From: a virus
Taxonomy: Duplodnaviria; Caudoviricetes
IMG/VR virus record: IMGVR_UViG_3300033121_000786
Location: 45,841-109,840 of that record
Strand: one strand, 5' to 3'
Length of the DNA: 64,000 nt
Part shown: positions 28,235-39,547 of the stretch, piece after piece
Layout of the letters: each line of letters begins with the position of its first letter
Position numbering within the stretch: position 1 is the first letter of the stretch
Made by a program: the position numbers and the translations under genes
The notes under the pieces: generated by a model
Database searches by the model: none
What the model saw: the letters and a program-made list of their open reading frames with translations, nothing else
Told to the model about the DNA's origin: nothing

Positions 28235-29392
28235 ATGAAAAAAATCAGTGAATTTGCTTATAAAATTGATGGACAACCTATGTTCAAAGTTTTAGATAAA
28301 GCAAAAAGTTTAGAATTATCTGGAAACCCTATGATTCATTTAGAAATAGGTGATCCTGATTTTAATACTCCAAAAATGATTGTTGATGAAACTATAGAAG
28401 CACTTAATAGTGGAATGACACATTATTGTTCTAGTTATGGATTACTAGAATTTAGAAAACGTATTCAAGAAATAACAGAAATTAGTAGACATTTTAAACC
28501 AGATTTAGATCAAGTTCTTGTAACTCCCGGTGCGAATATTGGTATATATTATGCAGTTTCATGTTTAGTTGATAATGGTTGTGAAGTTATTGTTCCTGAT
28601 CCGGGATTTCCAACTTATTATACAATTATAAAAATGTGTGGAGCAGTTCCTATTAGGGTTCCATTAAAGGAAGAAAACGAATTTAGGATGAATCCAAAAG
28701 ATATAGAAAATTTAATAACAGATAAAACCAGATTAATCATAATTAATAGTCCAAGTAATCCTACTGGATCAGTAATGACTCCAGAAGAGATTAAAGAAGT
28801 GTATGAAATTGCAGAAAAATATGATGTTTATTTATATTCAGATGAAATTTATTCAAGAATGAATTATGGAGAAACCTTTTTTAGTAGTCCATCAATGTTT
28901 GATAAATGTAAATCTCATGTTATACTGAGCAATGGATTTTCTAAAGCATTTGCAATGACTGGATGGAGATTAGGTTCTCTGATTGGTCCATCAGAAGTTA
29001 TTGAAAAAATGCAATTATTATTACAGTCAACTTCTAGTTGTGTTAGTCCATTCATACAAATGGCTGGTATAGCAGCATTAAGAAATACATATTATTCAGA
29101 AAATATGAAAAATCTATATAAAACTAGAAGGGATTTTCTTGTTGATGGATTAAATAAAATTAATAATATTTCATGTTTATTGCCCGGTGGTGCTTTTTAT
29201 GTATTTCCTAATATTACTAAAACTGGAATGACAAGTTATGAAGTAGTAGAATTATTAATGAATAATGGAGTAGTCACCTTACCCGGAACTTGTTTTGGTG
29301 AATATGGCGAAGGATATATAAGATTATGTTATGCAAATAGTCTTGAAAATATTGAAAAAGCGGTAAATATCATAAAAGGAGTATTATCATGA
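28235..29392 (+). CDS. PLP-dependent aminotransferase class I/II
   Basis: GDPDF, NSPSNPTG, SDEIY, SKAFAMTGWRLG. Confidence 0.92.
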   Translation: MKKISEFAYKIDGQPMFKVLDKAKSLELSGNPMIHLEIGDPDFNTPKMIVDETIEALNSGMTHYCSSYGLLEFRKRIQEITEISRHFKPDLDQVLVTPGANIGIYYAVSCLVDNGCEVIVPDPGFPTYYTIIKMCGAVPIRVPLKEENEFRMNPKDIENLITDKTRLIIINSPSNPTGSVMTPEEIKEVYEIAEKYDVYLYSDEIYSRMNYGETFFSSPSMFDKCKSHVILSNGFSKAFAMTGWRLGSLIGPSEVIEKMQLLLQSTSSCVSPFIQMAGIAALRNTYYSENMKNLYKTRRDFLVDGLNKINNISCLLPGGAFYVFPNITKTGMTSYEVVELLMNNGVVTLPGTCFGEYGEGYIRLCYANSLENIEKAVNIIKGVLS

Positions 29393-30408
29393 GAGTATGT
29401 GATTGGATTGCAGATCATTTATATAATAAAGGTGTTTATTATGTGTATGGTTTAATGGGTGGTGGTGCCAGTGGATTAAATGATGGGTTTATAAAACATG
29501 GTAAAATAAAATATATTTGTTTTCATCATGAACAAGGTGCTGGTCATGCTGCTATTGGAGAAGCAAAATATTCAGGAAATTTTTCAGTAGTTAATCCAAC
29601 TACAGGGTGTGGAGGTACAAATTGTGCAACTTCTGTATTAGATGCATGGCAAGATTCTGTTCCAGTGTTATTTTTATCAGGTAATGTTAGATCAGATACT
29701 TGTTCAAGTGTTATTAATACACAAAAAAATATTAATATTCGTAAATATGGTATTCAAGAACATAATATTATTGAAAATTATAAATCAATAACTAAATATG
29801 TAAAGTTTATAGAAAATGTAGAAGAAGTTGCTTATGAATTAAAAAAAGCAATTCATATAGCAACTTCGGGAAGAAAAGGTCCAGTTTGGTTGGATATTCC
29901 AAGTAATATTCAAACTGCTGAAATGAGTTTTGATAATTGGAAAACATTTTATCCTGAAGATGATATTCCTATTTTTACTAAAGAAGATGTTATTACAATA
30001 AAACATGAATTAAACAAATCTTCTCGTCCATTAATTTTATCTGGTAATGGAGTTATTCAAAGCCAATCAAAACGACAATTTGCAACCTTTATTGAAAAGT
30101 ATCAAATCCCATTTGTCACAACTTATGGAGCGAGAGATTTGATGCCAAGTGATCATCCTTTAAATATTGGTGCAATTGGAATTAAAGGATCAAGAGCAGG
30201 AAATTTTGCATTAACAAATTGTGATCTATTATTAATTCTGGGTTGTAGTTTAAATAGTAGTCATATTGGATATGATCCAAAACAATTCAGTCCAAAAAGT
30301 AAAAAAATTTATTTAGACTGTGATAAAAATGAATTAAAAAAGAATATAATTAATATTGATTTATCTATTAATGGTACATTACAAGAATTTTTTGGTGGTA
30401 TACTATGA
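29389..30408 (+). CDS. ThDP-dependent enzyme, N-terminal PYR+middle domains (acetolactate synthase/YerE-like)
   Basis: HHEQGAGHAA, PTTGCGGTN, AWQDSVP, GRKGPVWLDIP, R.GNF. Confidence 0.88.
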   Translation: MRVCDWIADHLYNKGVYYVYGLMGGGASGLNDGFIKHGKIKYICFHHEQGAGHAAIGEAKYSGNFSVVNPTTGCGGTNCATSVLDAWQDSVPVLFLSGNVRSDTCSSVINTQKNINIRKYGIQEHNIIENYKSITKYVKFIENVEEVAYELKKAIHIATSGRKGPVWLDIPSNIQTAEMSFDNWKTFYPEDDIPIFTKEDVITIKHELNKSSRPLILSGNGVIQSQSKRQFATFIEKYQIPFVTTYGARDLMPSDHPLNIGAIGIKGSRAGNFALTNCDLLLILGCSLNSSHIGYDPKQFSPKSKKIYLDCDKNELKKNIINIDLSINGTLQEFFGGIL

Positions 30409-31145
30409 ATAAAACCGAATGGATAGAAAAATGCCAACATTGGAAAAATAAATGGCCTGTTTATAATGAAGAATATAATGATTCAAAAAAGGATTTAAAT
30501 TTATATTCTGTTGTTGAAGAAGTAAATAAATGCTCAAAATATAATGATGTTTTTATGTGTGATGCTGGATCAATGAGTTATATATGTCCAGTCACATTAA
30601 AAATAAAAGATAATCAACAATTAATTTCCAGTCCTGCTCAAGCTGATATGGGATGGGTTTTACCAGCATCTATTGGTGTTGCTCTTTATGGGTTTAATCG
30701 AGTTATCGTGTTTGTTGGTGATGGTTCTTTTATGAGTAATATTCAAGAACTTGCTACTGTTAGATATCATAATTTAAATATTAAATTTATAGTATTGAAT
30801 AATGGTGGATATTTAAGTATAAGAAATACACAATCAAAATTCTTTGAACATCGGGTTTTTGGTACTGGATATAATAATGGTTTGTGGTTTCCAAAATTAT
30901 CGGATGTTGCAAATACCTTTGAAATAAAATATAATGCAATTAATAATTATAATGAATTAAATAATATGTCCAATTTATTGAATGAGGATGTTGTTGGTCC
31001 TCATATTATTGAATGTGTATGTGATTCTGAGCAAGAAATTGTTCCTGCTCAAGCATTAAAAAATGGAAAACAGTGTGGATTACATGATATGTATCCATTC
31101 TTATCAGAAGAAGAATTAAACGAAGAAATGATTATATCAGTATGA
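30405..31145 (+). CDS. ThDP-dependent enzyme, C-terminal PP domain (split partner)
   Basis: DAGS, MGWVLPASIG, GDGSFMSNIQEL...NNGGY ThDP-binding motif. Confidence 0.88.
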   Translation: MNKTEWIEKCQHWKNKWPVYNEEYNDSKKDLNLYSVVEEVNKCSKYNDVFMCDAGSMSYICPVTLKIKDNQQLISSPAQADMGWVLPASIGVALYGFNRVIVFVGDGSFMSNIQELATVRYHNLNIKFIVLNNGGYLSIRNTQSKFFEHRVFGTGYNNGLWFPKLSDVANTFEIKYNAINNYNELNNMSNLLNEDVVGPHIIECVCDSEQEIVPAQALKNGKQCGLHDMYPFLSEEELNEEMIISV

Positions 31146-31963
31146 AAGAAATTGCAATTTTAGGATCAGATGGGTTTATAGGAAAATATTTATCTTCTGC
31201 TTTACAGGATAAGTATAAAGTATATCCTGTTAATAGAACAGTTGTTGATTTAACAAATTTAAAAGATGTTTATAGGTTTTTTAAAACCCACAATTTTAAT
31301 ACGGTTATTAATTGTGCTGGAAAATTAAATTCTAGTATAGATCAGTTTGATTATACCGTATATAATACAAATATAAGTATTTTTGAAAATTTAGTTGCAA
31401 CAAAACATTTATTTGGAAAATTAATTACGTTCGGGTCTGGAGCAGAATTTAATAGAAAATTTAATATTGATAATAAACAAGAAATACAAATAGAAGATTC
31501 GTTTCCAAAAGATCATTATGGAAAAAGTAAGAATTTAATAGCACGAATGAGTAACAATATAGAAAATTTTTATTTGTTACGATTATTTGGGGTGTTTTCT
31601 TCTTCAGAACCAGATTATAGATTATTTAAAAGAATTTTATCGTTAGATACTATAAGAATACAAAATAGATATTTTGATTATTTTTGGTTAGAAGATATAT
31701 TACCTGTTGTTGAATATTATATTGATAATTATACTTATATTGATAATTATAATATAATTTCATGTGAAAAGGATGTTAATTTAGTATATAAACAAAAATT
31801 AACATTAGGTGAAATTGTTAATAAATTTATAGAAATTCATCATTTGAAGAAAAACATTATTCTTGAACCAGATGGTTTAAATTATACAGGTGATGGATAT
31901 AGATTATCTCTTTTAAATTTACCATTAAAGGGATTAGAATATGGATTGGAGAAATATTTATGA
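31142..31963 (+). CDS. NAD-dependent epimerase/reductase (extended SDR; YerF-like position)
   Basis: GSDGFIG, FGSGAEF, YGKSK. Confidence 0.85.
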   Translation: MKEIAILGSDGFIGKYLSSALQDKYKVYPVNRTVVDLTNLKDVYRFFKTHNFNTVINCAGKLNSSIDQFDYTVYNTNISIFENLVATKHLFGKLITFGSGAEFNRKFNIDNKQEIQIEDSFPKDHYGKSKNLIARMSNNIENFYLLRLFGVFSSSEPDYRLFKRILSLDTIRIQNRYFDYFWLEDILPVVEYYIDNYTYIDNYNIISCEKDVNLVYKQKLTLGEIVNKFIEIHHLKKNIILEPDGLNYTGDGYRLSLLNLPLKGLEYGLEKYL

Positions 31964-32910
31964 AGAAAGTGGTGTATATTACTGGATGTTTAGGATTTAT
32001 TGGACATCATTTAACCAGAAAATGTTTAGAATTAGGTTGGTATGTTATTGGTGTTGATAATGAAACTTATGCTGCAAATATTAATATATTAGAAGAATTT
32101 TTATCATATTCAAACTTTAAATATATTAAATCAGATATAAATGATTTGACTTCGTTATATGATTGTGATTATATTATAAACACTGCGGCTGAAAGTCATG
32201 TAGATAATTCCATTGTTAATGCTAAAGAATTTTTGCGAAGTAATATTGATGGTGTTTATAATTTATTAGAATTGATAAGACAAAAACGTAAGTTTAAGAT
32301 GCCAGTTTTTTTACATTTATCAACCGATGAAACATATGGTGATATTATTACAGGATTACATAAAGAAACTGATTTATTAAAACCATCGAACCCATATTCT
32401 TCTACCAAAGCTGCGGCAGATATGTTAATTTCTGCATGGGCAAGAACCTTTTCTATACCATATATTATTGTAAGACCGACAAATAATTATGGTATTGGAC
32501 AATATACAGAAAAGTTAATTCCAAAAACTTGTAAATGGTTACAATTAGGACGAAAAATTCCTTTACATAATCAAGGAACTCCTAAACGAACATGGTTACA
32601 TGTTTCAGATACAGTATCAGCAATTATAAAATTAATTGATACTGAATCTTTAAATTCAATTTATAATATTTCTGGTAATTATGAAGATACTAATCTTAGT
32701 GTAGTTAAAAAAATAATTTCAATGTATTATAATTCTACAACTCTTGACTTTGATGCGTTTATAGATTATTCTTATAATAGAAGTGGACAAGATGTGCGGT
32801 ATGCAATTGATGATTCAAAATTAAAATCTTTGGGTTGGCAACCAATGGCAAATTTTGATGAAGAATTAAAAAAAATTATTGAATATAATAAAAATATTTT
32901 TATATGGTGA
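31960..32910 (+). CDS. rmlB: NDP-glucose 4,6-dehydratase (RmlB-like)
   Basis: TGCLGFIG, AAESHVD, STDE, YSSTK, NNYG..Q..EKLIP, R.GQD.RY. Confidence 0.9.
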   Translation: MKKVVYITGCLGFIGHHLTRKCLELGWYVIGVDNETYAANINILEEFLSYSNFKYIKSDINDLTSLYDCDYIINTAAESHVDNSIVNAKEFLRSNIDGVYNLLELIRQKRKFKMPVFLHLSTDETYGDIITGLHKETDLLKPSNPYSSTKAAADMLISAWARTFSIPYIIVRPTNNYGIGQYTEKLIPKTCKWLQLGRKIPLHNQGTPKRTWLHVSDTVSAIIKLIDTESLNSIYNISGNYEDTNLSVVKKIISMYYNSTTLDFDAFIDYSYNRSGQDVRYAIDDSKLKSLGWQPMANFDEELKKIIEYNKNIFIW

Positions 32911-32913
32911 TAT

Positions 32914-33936
32914 ATGAAAAAAGCATTAATTTTTGGAGTAACAGGACAAACTGGTTCGTATTTATCTGAACTCCTTTTAGAAAAAGGTTATGAAGTTTAT
33001 GGCGTAAAAAGAAGAAGTTCTTCTTATAATACATCAAGAATTGATCATATTTATGGACATAGAAACTTTAATTTGGTGTATGGTGATGTTACAGATTCAT
33101 TAAATGTAACGAATCTAATAAGTTCAATATTACCAGATGAAATTTATAATCTTGCGGCTCAAAGCCACGTTAAAGTTTCTTTTGATATTCCTGAATATAC
33201 TGCTAATGTAGATGCATTAGGAACATTAAGAATCCTTGAATCTATTAGATTATTAGGATTAGAAACACATACTAGATTTTATCAAGCCTCTACAAGTGAG
33301 CTTTATGGATTAGTTCAAGAAATTCCTCAAACAGAAACAACACCTTTTTATCCCAGAAGTCCATATGCATGTGCAAAAATCTTTGGTTATTGGATAGTTA
33401 AAAATTATAGAGAAGCATATCATATGTTTGCTTGTAACGGAATTTTATTCAACCACGAATCGAGCCGAAGAGGCGAAACTTTTGTAACTAGAAAGATTAC
33501 GATTGGATTAAATGCAATAAAAAATAAACAACAAAATTGTTTATATTTAGGTAATCTTAATGCTTTACGAGATTGGAGTCATGCAAAAGATATGGTAAAT
33601 GGTATGTGGATGATGTTACAACATAAAATACCTGATGATTTTGTTCTTGCTAGTGGTAAACAATATTCAGTAAAACAATTTGTTGAACGATGTGCTCCTT
33701 ATTTTGGTATGGATATTGTATGGGAAGGTGAAGGAATGTGCGAAGTTGGGGTAGATAGAAATACTAATCTTATTGTGATTAGAGTTGATCCTAAATATTT
33801 TAGACCAACTGAAGTAGAAACATTATTAGGTAATCCTGCAAAAGCAAAACGTGAATTGGGATGGGAACCAATAATAACATTTGATGATCTTGTGCAAGAA
33901 ATGTGCCAATATGAATTAGGGGTGAAAAATGTTTGA
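32914..33936 (+). CDS. gmd: GDP-mannose 4,6-dehydratase
   Basis: [50 protein letters not shown]. Confidence 0.96.
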   Translation: MKKALIFGVTGQTGSYLSELLLEKGYEVYGVKRRSSSYNTSRIDHIYGHRNFNLVYGDVTDSLNVTNLISSILPDEIYNLAAQSHVKVSFDIPEYTANVDALGTLRILESIRLLGLETHTRFYQASTSELYGLVQEIPQTETTPFYPRSPYACAKIFGYWIVKNYREAYHMFACNGILFNHESSRRGETFVTRKITIGLNAIKNKQQNCLYLGNLNALRDWSHAKDMVNGMWMMLQHKIPDDFVLASGKQYSVKQFVERCAPYFGMDIVWEGEGMCEVGVDRNTNLIVIRVDPKYFRPTEVETLLGNPAKAKRELGWEPIITFDDLVQEMCQYELGVKNV

Positions 33937-35263
33937 ATTACAAACTATTTTAAATTTAGTTGATTCTTATATAAAAGAAAAGCAATCTAAGGAAACATGG
34001 ACTCCTGGAAAAGATTATGTAAAATATGCTGGTCCTTATTTTGATTCAGAAGAATATGTAACAGCTGTTAACACTTTATTAAAAGGATGGTTGGTTCTTG
34101 GTGATGATGCAGTAAAATTTGAAAGAAAATTCCCAAAATATTTTGGCAAGGATCATGGAGTATTAGTTAATAGTGGATCAAGTGCTAATTTATTAATGAT
34201 GGAAGCAATGCGATCTAAAAATGGATTTAATTTTCCAAAAGGAACTAAAGTTTTAGTTCCAATTGCAGGATTTCCAACTACAGTAAATCCAATTTTACAA
34301 GTGGGATTTCAACCCGTTTTTGTTGATATTGAATTAGACACATTAAATCTTGATCTTGATAAAGTTGAAGAAATTTTAAAATATAATTATACTGAAGATA
34401 TAAAGATTATTACATTTGCACATGTATTAGGTAATCCTCCTGATATGGAACGATTAATGCATCTTGTTAAAAAATATAATTTAGTTTTATTGGAAGATTG
34501 TTGTGATGCATTAGGTTCAACTTATGATGGGAAATATTTAGGTAGTTTTGGTGAAATGGCATCTTGTAGTATGTATCCAGCTCATCATTTGACTACTTTG
34601 GGCGAGGGAGGGTTTGTTTCTACTAAAACTAAAGAATTGGAAATGGTTGTAAGAAGTTTTCGTGAATGGGGCCGGTCATGTTATTGCGTTGGACCAAAAG
34701 CAAATACATTAAAGTGTGGTACATGTAAGAATAGATTTTCAAATTGGATTCCATCATTTCCGGATGAAATTTTTGATCATAAGTATGTTTATAGTGAAAT
34801 TGGGTATAATATGAAACCCATTGAAATACAAGCATCAGTTGGATTAACACAATTAAAAAAATTAGATGAAATATTCTTATTAAGAAGATGTAATTATCAT
34901 TTATTATATAAAATATATGAAAAATACGAAGACTTTTTTATTCTACCTAAACCAACGGAAAAGAGTAATCCATCATGGTTTGCTTTTCCATTGACTATAA
35001 AGGAAAATTCTCCTTTTACAAGAACTCAATTTGTTGATTACTTAGAGGAAAATAAAATACAAACAAGACCATATTTTGCCGGAAATATTATGTTACAACC
35101 AGCATATTCTCATATAGTATATAAAGAAATTGCTAAATCTGATTACAAAAATGCAACATATTCAATGTTAAATACTTTCTTTCATGGAGTAAGTCCGGTT
35201 TTGACAAAAGAGCAGATAGATTATATTGGAGAGATTGTTGATAAATTTATGGAGAAATTTTAA
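33929..35263 (+). CDS. rfbH: NDP-4-keto-6-deoxyglucose 3-dehydrase (DdhC/RfbH, E1)
   Basis: [20 protein letters not shown] (His replaces the Schiff-base Lys), WGR.CYC...C..C, DHKYVY..IGYN. Confidence 0.9.
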   Translation: MFELQTILNLVDSYIKEKQSKETWTPGKDYVKYAGPYFDSEEYVTAVNTLLKGWLVLGDDAVKFERKFPKYFGKDHGVLVNSGSSANLLMMEAMRSKNGFNFPKGTKVLVPIAGFPTTVNPILQVGFQPVFVDIELDTLNLDLDKVEEILKYNYTEDIKIITFAHVLGNPPDMERLMHLVKKYNLVLLEDCCDALGSTYDGKYLGSFGEMASCSMYPAHHLTTLGEGGFVSTKTKELEMVVRSFREWGRSCYCVGPKANTLKCGTCKNRFSNWIPSFPDEIFDHKYVYSEIGYNMKPIEIQASVGLTQLKKLDEIFLLRRCNYHLLYKIYEKYEDFFILPKPTEKSNPSWFAFPLTIKENSPFTRTQFVDYLEENKIQTRPYFAGNIMLQPAYSHIVYKEIAKSDYKNATYSMLNTFFHGVSPVLTKEQIDYIGEIVDKFMEKF

Positions 35264-35955
35264 TGATTATTTTAACATCTATGCATGTGCCAATTGAAAC
35301 AAAAGACGTTGAATACATTCAGAAAGTTTCTGATGTTTCTTGGTTTCAAAATAAAGTAAATTATGCAAATAAACATAATTATCTTGCAATTTCAAGAAAT
35401 AGAATATATAACATTCCGGTTGGTTTTGAAAAAATAATTTTTATTTATGAATTATTAAATAATATTCCGCAATGTTCATGGATATGGTGGACAGGTGGTG
35501 ATACATTAATTACTAATCATACAATTAGGGTTGAAGATAAAATTTTACAAGTTCCTAATGATAAACATATAATCATGAGCGGAGATTTTAATTTTATAAT
35601 TAATTGTGATTCAATGCTGATCAGAAATTCTTTAGAAGCAAGAAATTGGTTAAAATCTATTATTGATTCTTTGCCGACATATGGTTCAAATAAATTTCTT
35701 GAACAACAATATATGATTGATACTTATGAAGAAAATAAATCTATCATTCAACTTCAACCACAAAGATTTATGAATAGTTATGATGGTAAACATTATGGTA
35801 CTGATAAAAATGGTAATTCTGTCGCAGCAAGAGATGTTAATGGTAATGAAGGAATTTGGCAACCGGGGGATTGGTTAATTCATTTTCCTGGATTATCATG
35901 GCAATTACGTTGGGATTTAATTCAAGAATATAATGATAAGGTGATATATGAGTAA
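35263..35955 (+). CDS. GT34-like (GMA12/MNN10) glycosyltransferase
   Basis: NK..YA.KH.Y, WIWW...D.LITN, EQ, FMNSY, WQPGDWLIHFPG. Confidence 0.75.
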   Translation: MIILTSMHVPIETKDVEYIQKVSDVSWFQNKVNYANKHNYLAISRNRIYNIPVGFEKIIFIYELLNNIPQCSWIWWTGGDTLITNHTIRVEDKILQVPNDKHIIMSGDFNFIINCDSMLIRNSLEARNWLKSIIDSLPTYGSNKFLEQQYMIDTYEENKSIIQLQPQRFMNSYDGKHYGTDKNGNSVAARDVNGNEGIWQPGDWLIHFPGLSWQLRWDLIQEYNDKVIYE

Positions 35956-36721
35956 TATATTTTTAGATGATGGAGGACCAAGAGGATTTTTATCTAGTTA
36001 TATATGTATATTATCTGGATATAGAAGATTTGTTGGAAGGGAACATATTCATCCTGATAAAATAAAAATTTCTCCATTGATGTTACAACAATATGGTGAT
36101 GCTAATTATTGGTTTAAAATAAAAAATATGGGGGAGATGGAAAGAGATGATATACGATGGAGAACAGATTTATTAAGTGAGATTTCTGAATATCCTTCTC
36201 TTGAAGAATTAAATCTTGGTGGATATATCAAATTCATTCCTTATTCTGATAGATTAACTGAATATTTAAAGACAAGTTCAAGAGAAATTAAAAATTGTTT
36301 TGGGATTCATTATAGAGGATCAGATCATGGTGATGCAAAGATTAAAATTGAAACGTTATTAAAAACTATTAACGAAGAATTTGTAAAAAAAGATTTTGAA
36401 CAGGTGTTTATTTGCACAGATGAAATTGGCGTAGCAGAATGGATTAAAGATTATTTTAAAAAACAATTTAATTTTGATAATGTAATCTATAACGATACGA
36501 TTAAAACGAATTCTGAACCCGTTCCTTTATTTTTAATTAATTATGGAGAAGAATTAAATAAGAAAAAGGGTGATGAAGTAATGTTAGATTCGCATATGTT
36601 ATCAGAATGTGATTTTGTTGTATGTAAAGCATCTAATATTATCAATTATGCTAGAGTTTTAAATATGGCATTAGAAGGTGTGTATTTAGATAATCAAACC
36701 CCACGATATTTTTTTGAATAA
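35948..36721 (+). CDS. GT-B fucosyltransferase-like (NodZ/GT23/O-FucT clan)
   Basis: GIHYRGSD, FICTD, D...LS.CD......SN. Confidence 0.78.
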   Translation: MSNIFLDDGGPRGFLSSYICILSGYRRFVGREHIHPDKIKISPLMLQQYGDANYWFKIKNMGEMERDDIRWRTDLLSEISEYPSLEELNLGGYIKFIPYSDRLTEYLKTSSREIKNCFGIHYRGSDHGDAKIKIETLLKTINEEFVKKDFEQVFICTDEIGVAEWIKDYFKKQFNFDNVIYNDTIKTNSEPVPLFLINYGEELNKKKGDEVMLDSHMLSECDFVVCKASNIINYARVLNMALEGVYLDNQTPRYFFE

Positions 36722-36729
36722 GGTGAATT

Positions 36730-38724
36730 ATGAAAAAAACGGATAAAATTTTTGTAGCTGGACATAATGGATTAGTCGGTTCTGCAATAGTTAGACAATT
36801 AGAAGATCAAGGTTATATTAATATTATTACAAAATCTCGTAAAGAACTTGATCTAAGAAATCAATTTGCTGTTGATAGATTTTTTGATATATTCAGACCT
36901 GATTATGTATTTCTTGCTGCGGCAAAAGCAGGAGGTATATATTATAATAAAACCTATCCAGCAGATTTTATTACAGAAAATTTACAAATACAAACTAATG
37001 TAATTACCAGCGCATATCAATATAAAGTAAAAAAATTATTATACCTTGGCTCAGCCTGCATATATCCCAAAATTACTCCACAACCTATTAGAGAAGAATA
37101 TTTATTAACAGGGGAATTAGAACCAACAAATGATGCATATGCAATTGCAAAAATTGCAGGATTAGTTATGTGTCAAAAATATCATCAACAATATGGATTT
37201 AATTGTATTAGTTTAATGCCAACTAATTTATATGGTACATGTTTTTCTGAAGATACAGAAGTTATTACAGTAGAAGGTATAAAAAATATTAAAGATTTAA
37301 AAATTAGTGATAAAATTTATACATTAAATCCAAAAACACACGAAATTGAAATTGAAAATATAATAGATGTTTATAAAGAAAAAACTAATGAATTTATAAA
37401 TTTTAAATCAAAAGGGTGTGATTTAAAAGTTACTCCTGAACATAAGATTTATTATACAACGGGAAAAAATTTTTATAAAAAACCAGCATCATATTTTAAA
37501 AAATATATAGGCAAAAAATATGGACAATTTTCGTTTGCATCAAATTTACCTTATAAAAAAGGATTATCTGATTATAATTTTAGTTTATTAGAATATAAAG
37601 ATGATGCACATATCATTAATGATGATATGATGAAAGATGGAAAACATAGTAGGTATAAATTCTATCCTATAAATTATAAATTAGAAGATATATGTTCATT
37701 CATAGGTTGGTATGTTTCAGAAGGATCAATTGTTGATAATATGAAAACCCTACATGACGATTTAGATTGTGGTCAAATTAGGATTTCGCAGAATAAGAAA
37801 AATAATATTAAAAATTATAATGAAATTGATGATTTATTAAAAAGGATGAATCTTTCATATGGAAAAGATGATTATGCATTTTATTTTACATCAAGAGCAA
37901 TAAAAACATTTATAAGAAATGAAATTGGGGTTGGTTGTAAAAACAAAAAACTTCCAAAATTTATTTTTGATCTATCATATGATTACAGATTAAAAGTTTT
38001 TGATTCTATGATGAAAGGAGATGGAAATAAAAATGGAAGTAAATATTCTACAACTTCTGAACAGTTAAAAAATGATTTTATGCATTTGGCATTTACTTTA
38101 GGATTTAAAACTTCATACAAATTTGAAAAAAAAATTTGGAGAATTTTTTTTAGAAAAGTTAGAAAAAATGTAACAATAAAAACTCATCATATAACAAATA
38201 ATTTTGTAGATAATGAAGATGTTTATTGTATTACAACGGAAAAAAATCATATTATTTATGCCGGAAGGAATGGAAAATTTAATTGGGTTGGACAATGTGA
38301 TAAATTTGATATTGAAAGAAGTCATGTTATTCCAGCATTAATTAATAAATTTTATGATGCTAAGATAAACAATAAAGATCATATTGTATGTTGGGGAGAT
38401 GGAAGTCCAACAAGAGAATTTTTGTTTTCTGATGATCTTGCTGATATGTGTTTATTTTTAATGGATAACTACGATTCTCCTGAAATTATTAATGTTGGAA
38501 TTGATAATGAAATTACTATAAAAGAATTAACAGAAAAAATTAAAACTTTAATTGGGTTTGAAGGTAATATTATTTGGGATGAATCTAAACCAAATGGAAC
38601 TCCATTGAGAAAGTTAAGTTATGATAAATTATCAAATTTAGGTTGGAAACCAAAATATGATCTTGATACAGGATTAAAAATTACTATTGATTGGTATTTA
38701 AAGAATAAAGATATATGCAAATGA
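36730..38724 (+). CDS. fcl: GDP-L-fucose/colitose synthase (Fcl/WcaG/ColC) containing an intein
   Basis: [35 protein letters not shown]|intein|.D.F...[17 protein letters not shown]; 312-aa extein. Confidence 0.93.
   Translation: MKKTDKIFVAGHNGLVGSAIVRQLEDQGYINIITKSRKELDLRNQFAVDRFFDIFRPDYVFLAAAKAGGIYYNKTYPADFITENLQIQTNVITSAYQYKVKKLLYLGSACIYPKITPQPIREEYLLTGELEPTNDAYAIAKIAGLVMCQKYHQQYGFNCISLMPTNLYGTCFSEDTEVITVEGIKNIKDLKISDKIYTLNPKTHEIEIENIIDVYKEKTNEFINFKSKGCDLKVTPEHKIYYTTGKNFYKKPASYFKKYIGKKYGQFSFASNLPYKKGLSDYNFSLLEYKDDAHIINDDMMKDGKHSRYKFYPINYKLEDICSFIGWYVSEGSIVDNMKTLHDDLDCGQIRISQNKKNNIKNYNEIDDLLKRMNLSYGKDDYAFYFTSRAIKTFIRNEIGVGCKNKKLPKFIFDLSYDYRLKVFDSMMKGDGNKNGSKYSTTSEQLKNDFMHLAFTLGFKTSYKFEKKIWRIFFRKVRKNVTIKTHHITNNFVDNEDVYCITTEKNHIIYAGRNGKFNWVGQCDKFDIERSHVIPALINKFYDAKINNKDHIVCWGDGSPTREFLFSDDLADMCLFLMDNYDSPEIINVGIDNEITIKELTEKIKTLIGFEGNIIWDESKPNGTPLRKLSYDKLSNLGWKPKYDLDTGLKITIDWYLKNKDICK
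37240..38295 (+). mobile_element. LAGLIDADG-containing intein (352 aa) ending in Gln
   Basis: [13 protein letters not shown] start; VTPEH; IGWYVSEGS and MMKGDG endonuclease helices; VYCIT...[12 protein letters not shown]|C. Confidence 0.92.
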
Positions 38725-39545
38725 AAAATCCCAGAGAAATAGCAAAACAATATAAAGTAGTATTTGTTGGTCCTGTAAGGGATTGTGCTAATCATTTATT
38801 ATCTGTTTTTAATAATATTAAAACAATAGGAGAGTTATTTAGAGATTATTCTTGTGTGTTTGTGGAAAATGATTCTATTGATAATAGTATGGAAATTTTA
38901 TCTAAATCAAATGAAATATTACGAAATGTAAATATAATTTCATTGGGTAAACTTTCAGAGAGAATTCATTCTAGGACAATGCGAATTGCTACTGCTAGAA
39001 ATGCTGGAGTTATATTTTGTGAAGAAAATGGATTATTTGATACTCATGAATATTATATTTCTATTAATATGGATAATGCAAATTCAGACCCAATTAATGA
39101 AGAAGATTTTCTAAGTTGTTTTAAGTACGATGTTGATTCTTGGGGAATGATGACTGCAAATCAAACTAATTATTATGATATTTGGTGTTTACGTTGTAAA
39201 GATTGGGTTGAAGATGATTGTTGGTACAAGATTCATAATAAACCATCGTTCATGTCTTATGAAGAAGCACATAAAATACATGTTAGATCAAAATTTTTAC
39301 AAATTCCTAAAGATTATGGTTTAATTGAAGTAGATGCTGCTTATGGAGGATTATCGTTATGTAAATCTCTTTTAGTAAAAGGTAGTAGACATAGAGGGGT
39401 AAATGAAAATCAAACTGCGGAAGAATGTGATTTAGTTAATTTTTGTACAGATATCAAAAAGAAAGGTGGTAAAATATTCATTAATTCTGAATTAATGAAT
39501 ATGAATAATATAGTCAATGAACACGATGTTCCGTTTATGGGGTAA
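38715..39545 (+). CDS. Putative GT-A glycosyltransferase (paralog 1)
   Basis: GPVRD, FVENDS.D, R..RIATARN, YYDIW.LR, EV.AAYGG. Confidence 0.75.
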   Translation: MQMKNPREIAKQYKVVFVGPVRDCANHLLSVFNNIKTIGELFRDYSCVFVENDSIDNSMEILSKSNEILRNVNIISLGKLSERIHSRTMRIATARNAGVIFCEENGLFDTHEYYISINMDNANSDPINEEDFLSCFKYDVDSWGMMTANQTNYYDIWCLRCKDWVEDDCWYKIHNKPSFMSYEEAHKIHVRSKFLQIPKDYGLIEVDAAYGGLSLCKSLLVKGSRHRGVNENQTAEECDLVNFCTDIKKKGGKIFINSELMNMNNIVNEHDVPFMG

Positions 39546-39547
39546 AC

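Noticed and set aside
29389-31145. Reading the ThDP enzyme and aminotransferase as branched-chain amino-acid biosynthesis genes
   Set aside because: No ilvC, ilvD or ilvH nearby; context with DdhC and an SDR fits branched-sugar synthesis better.
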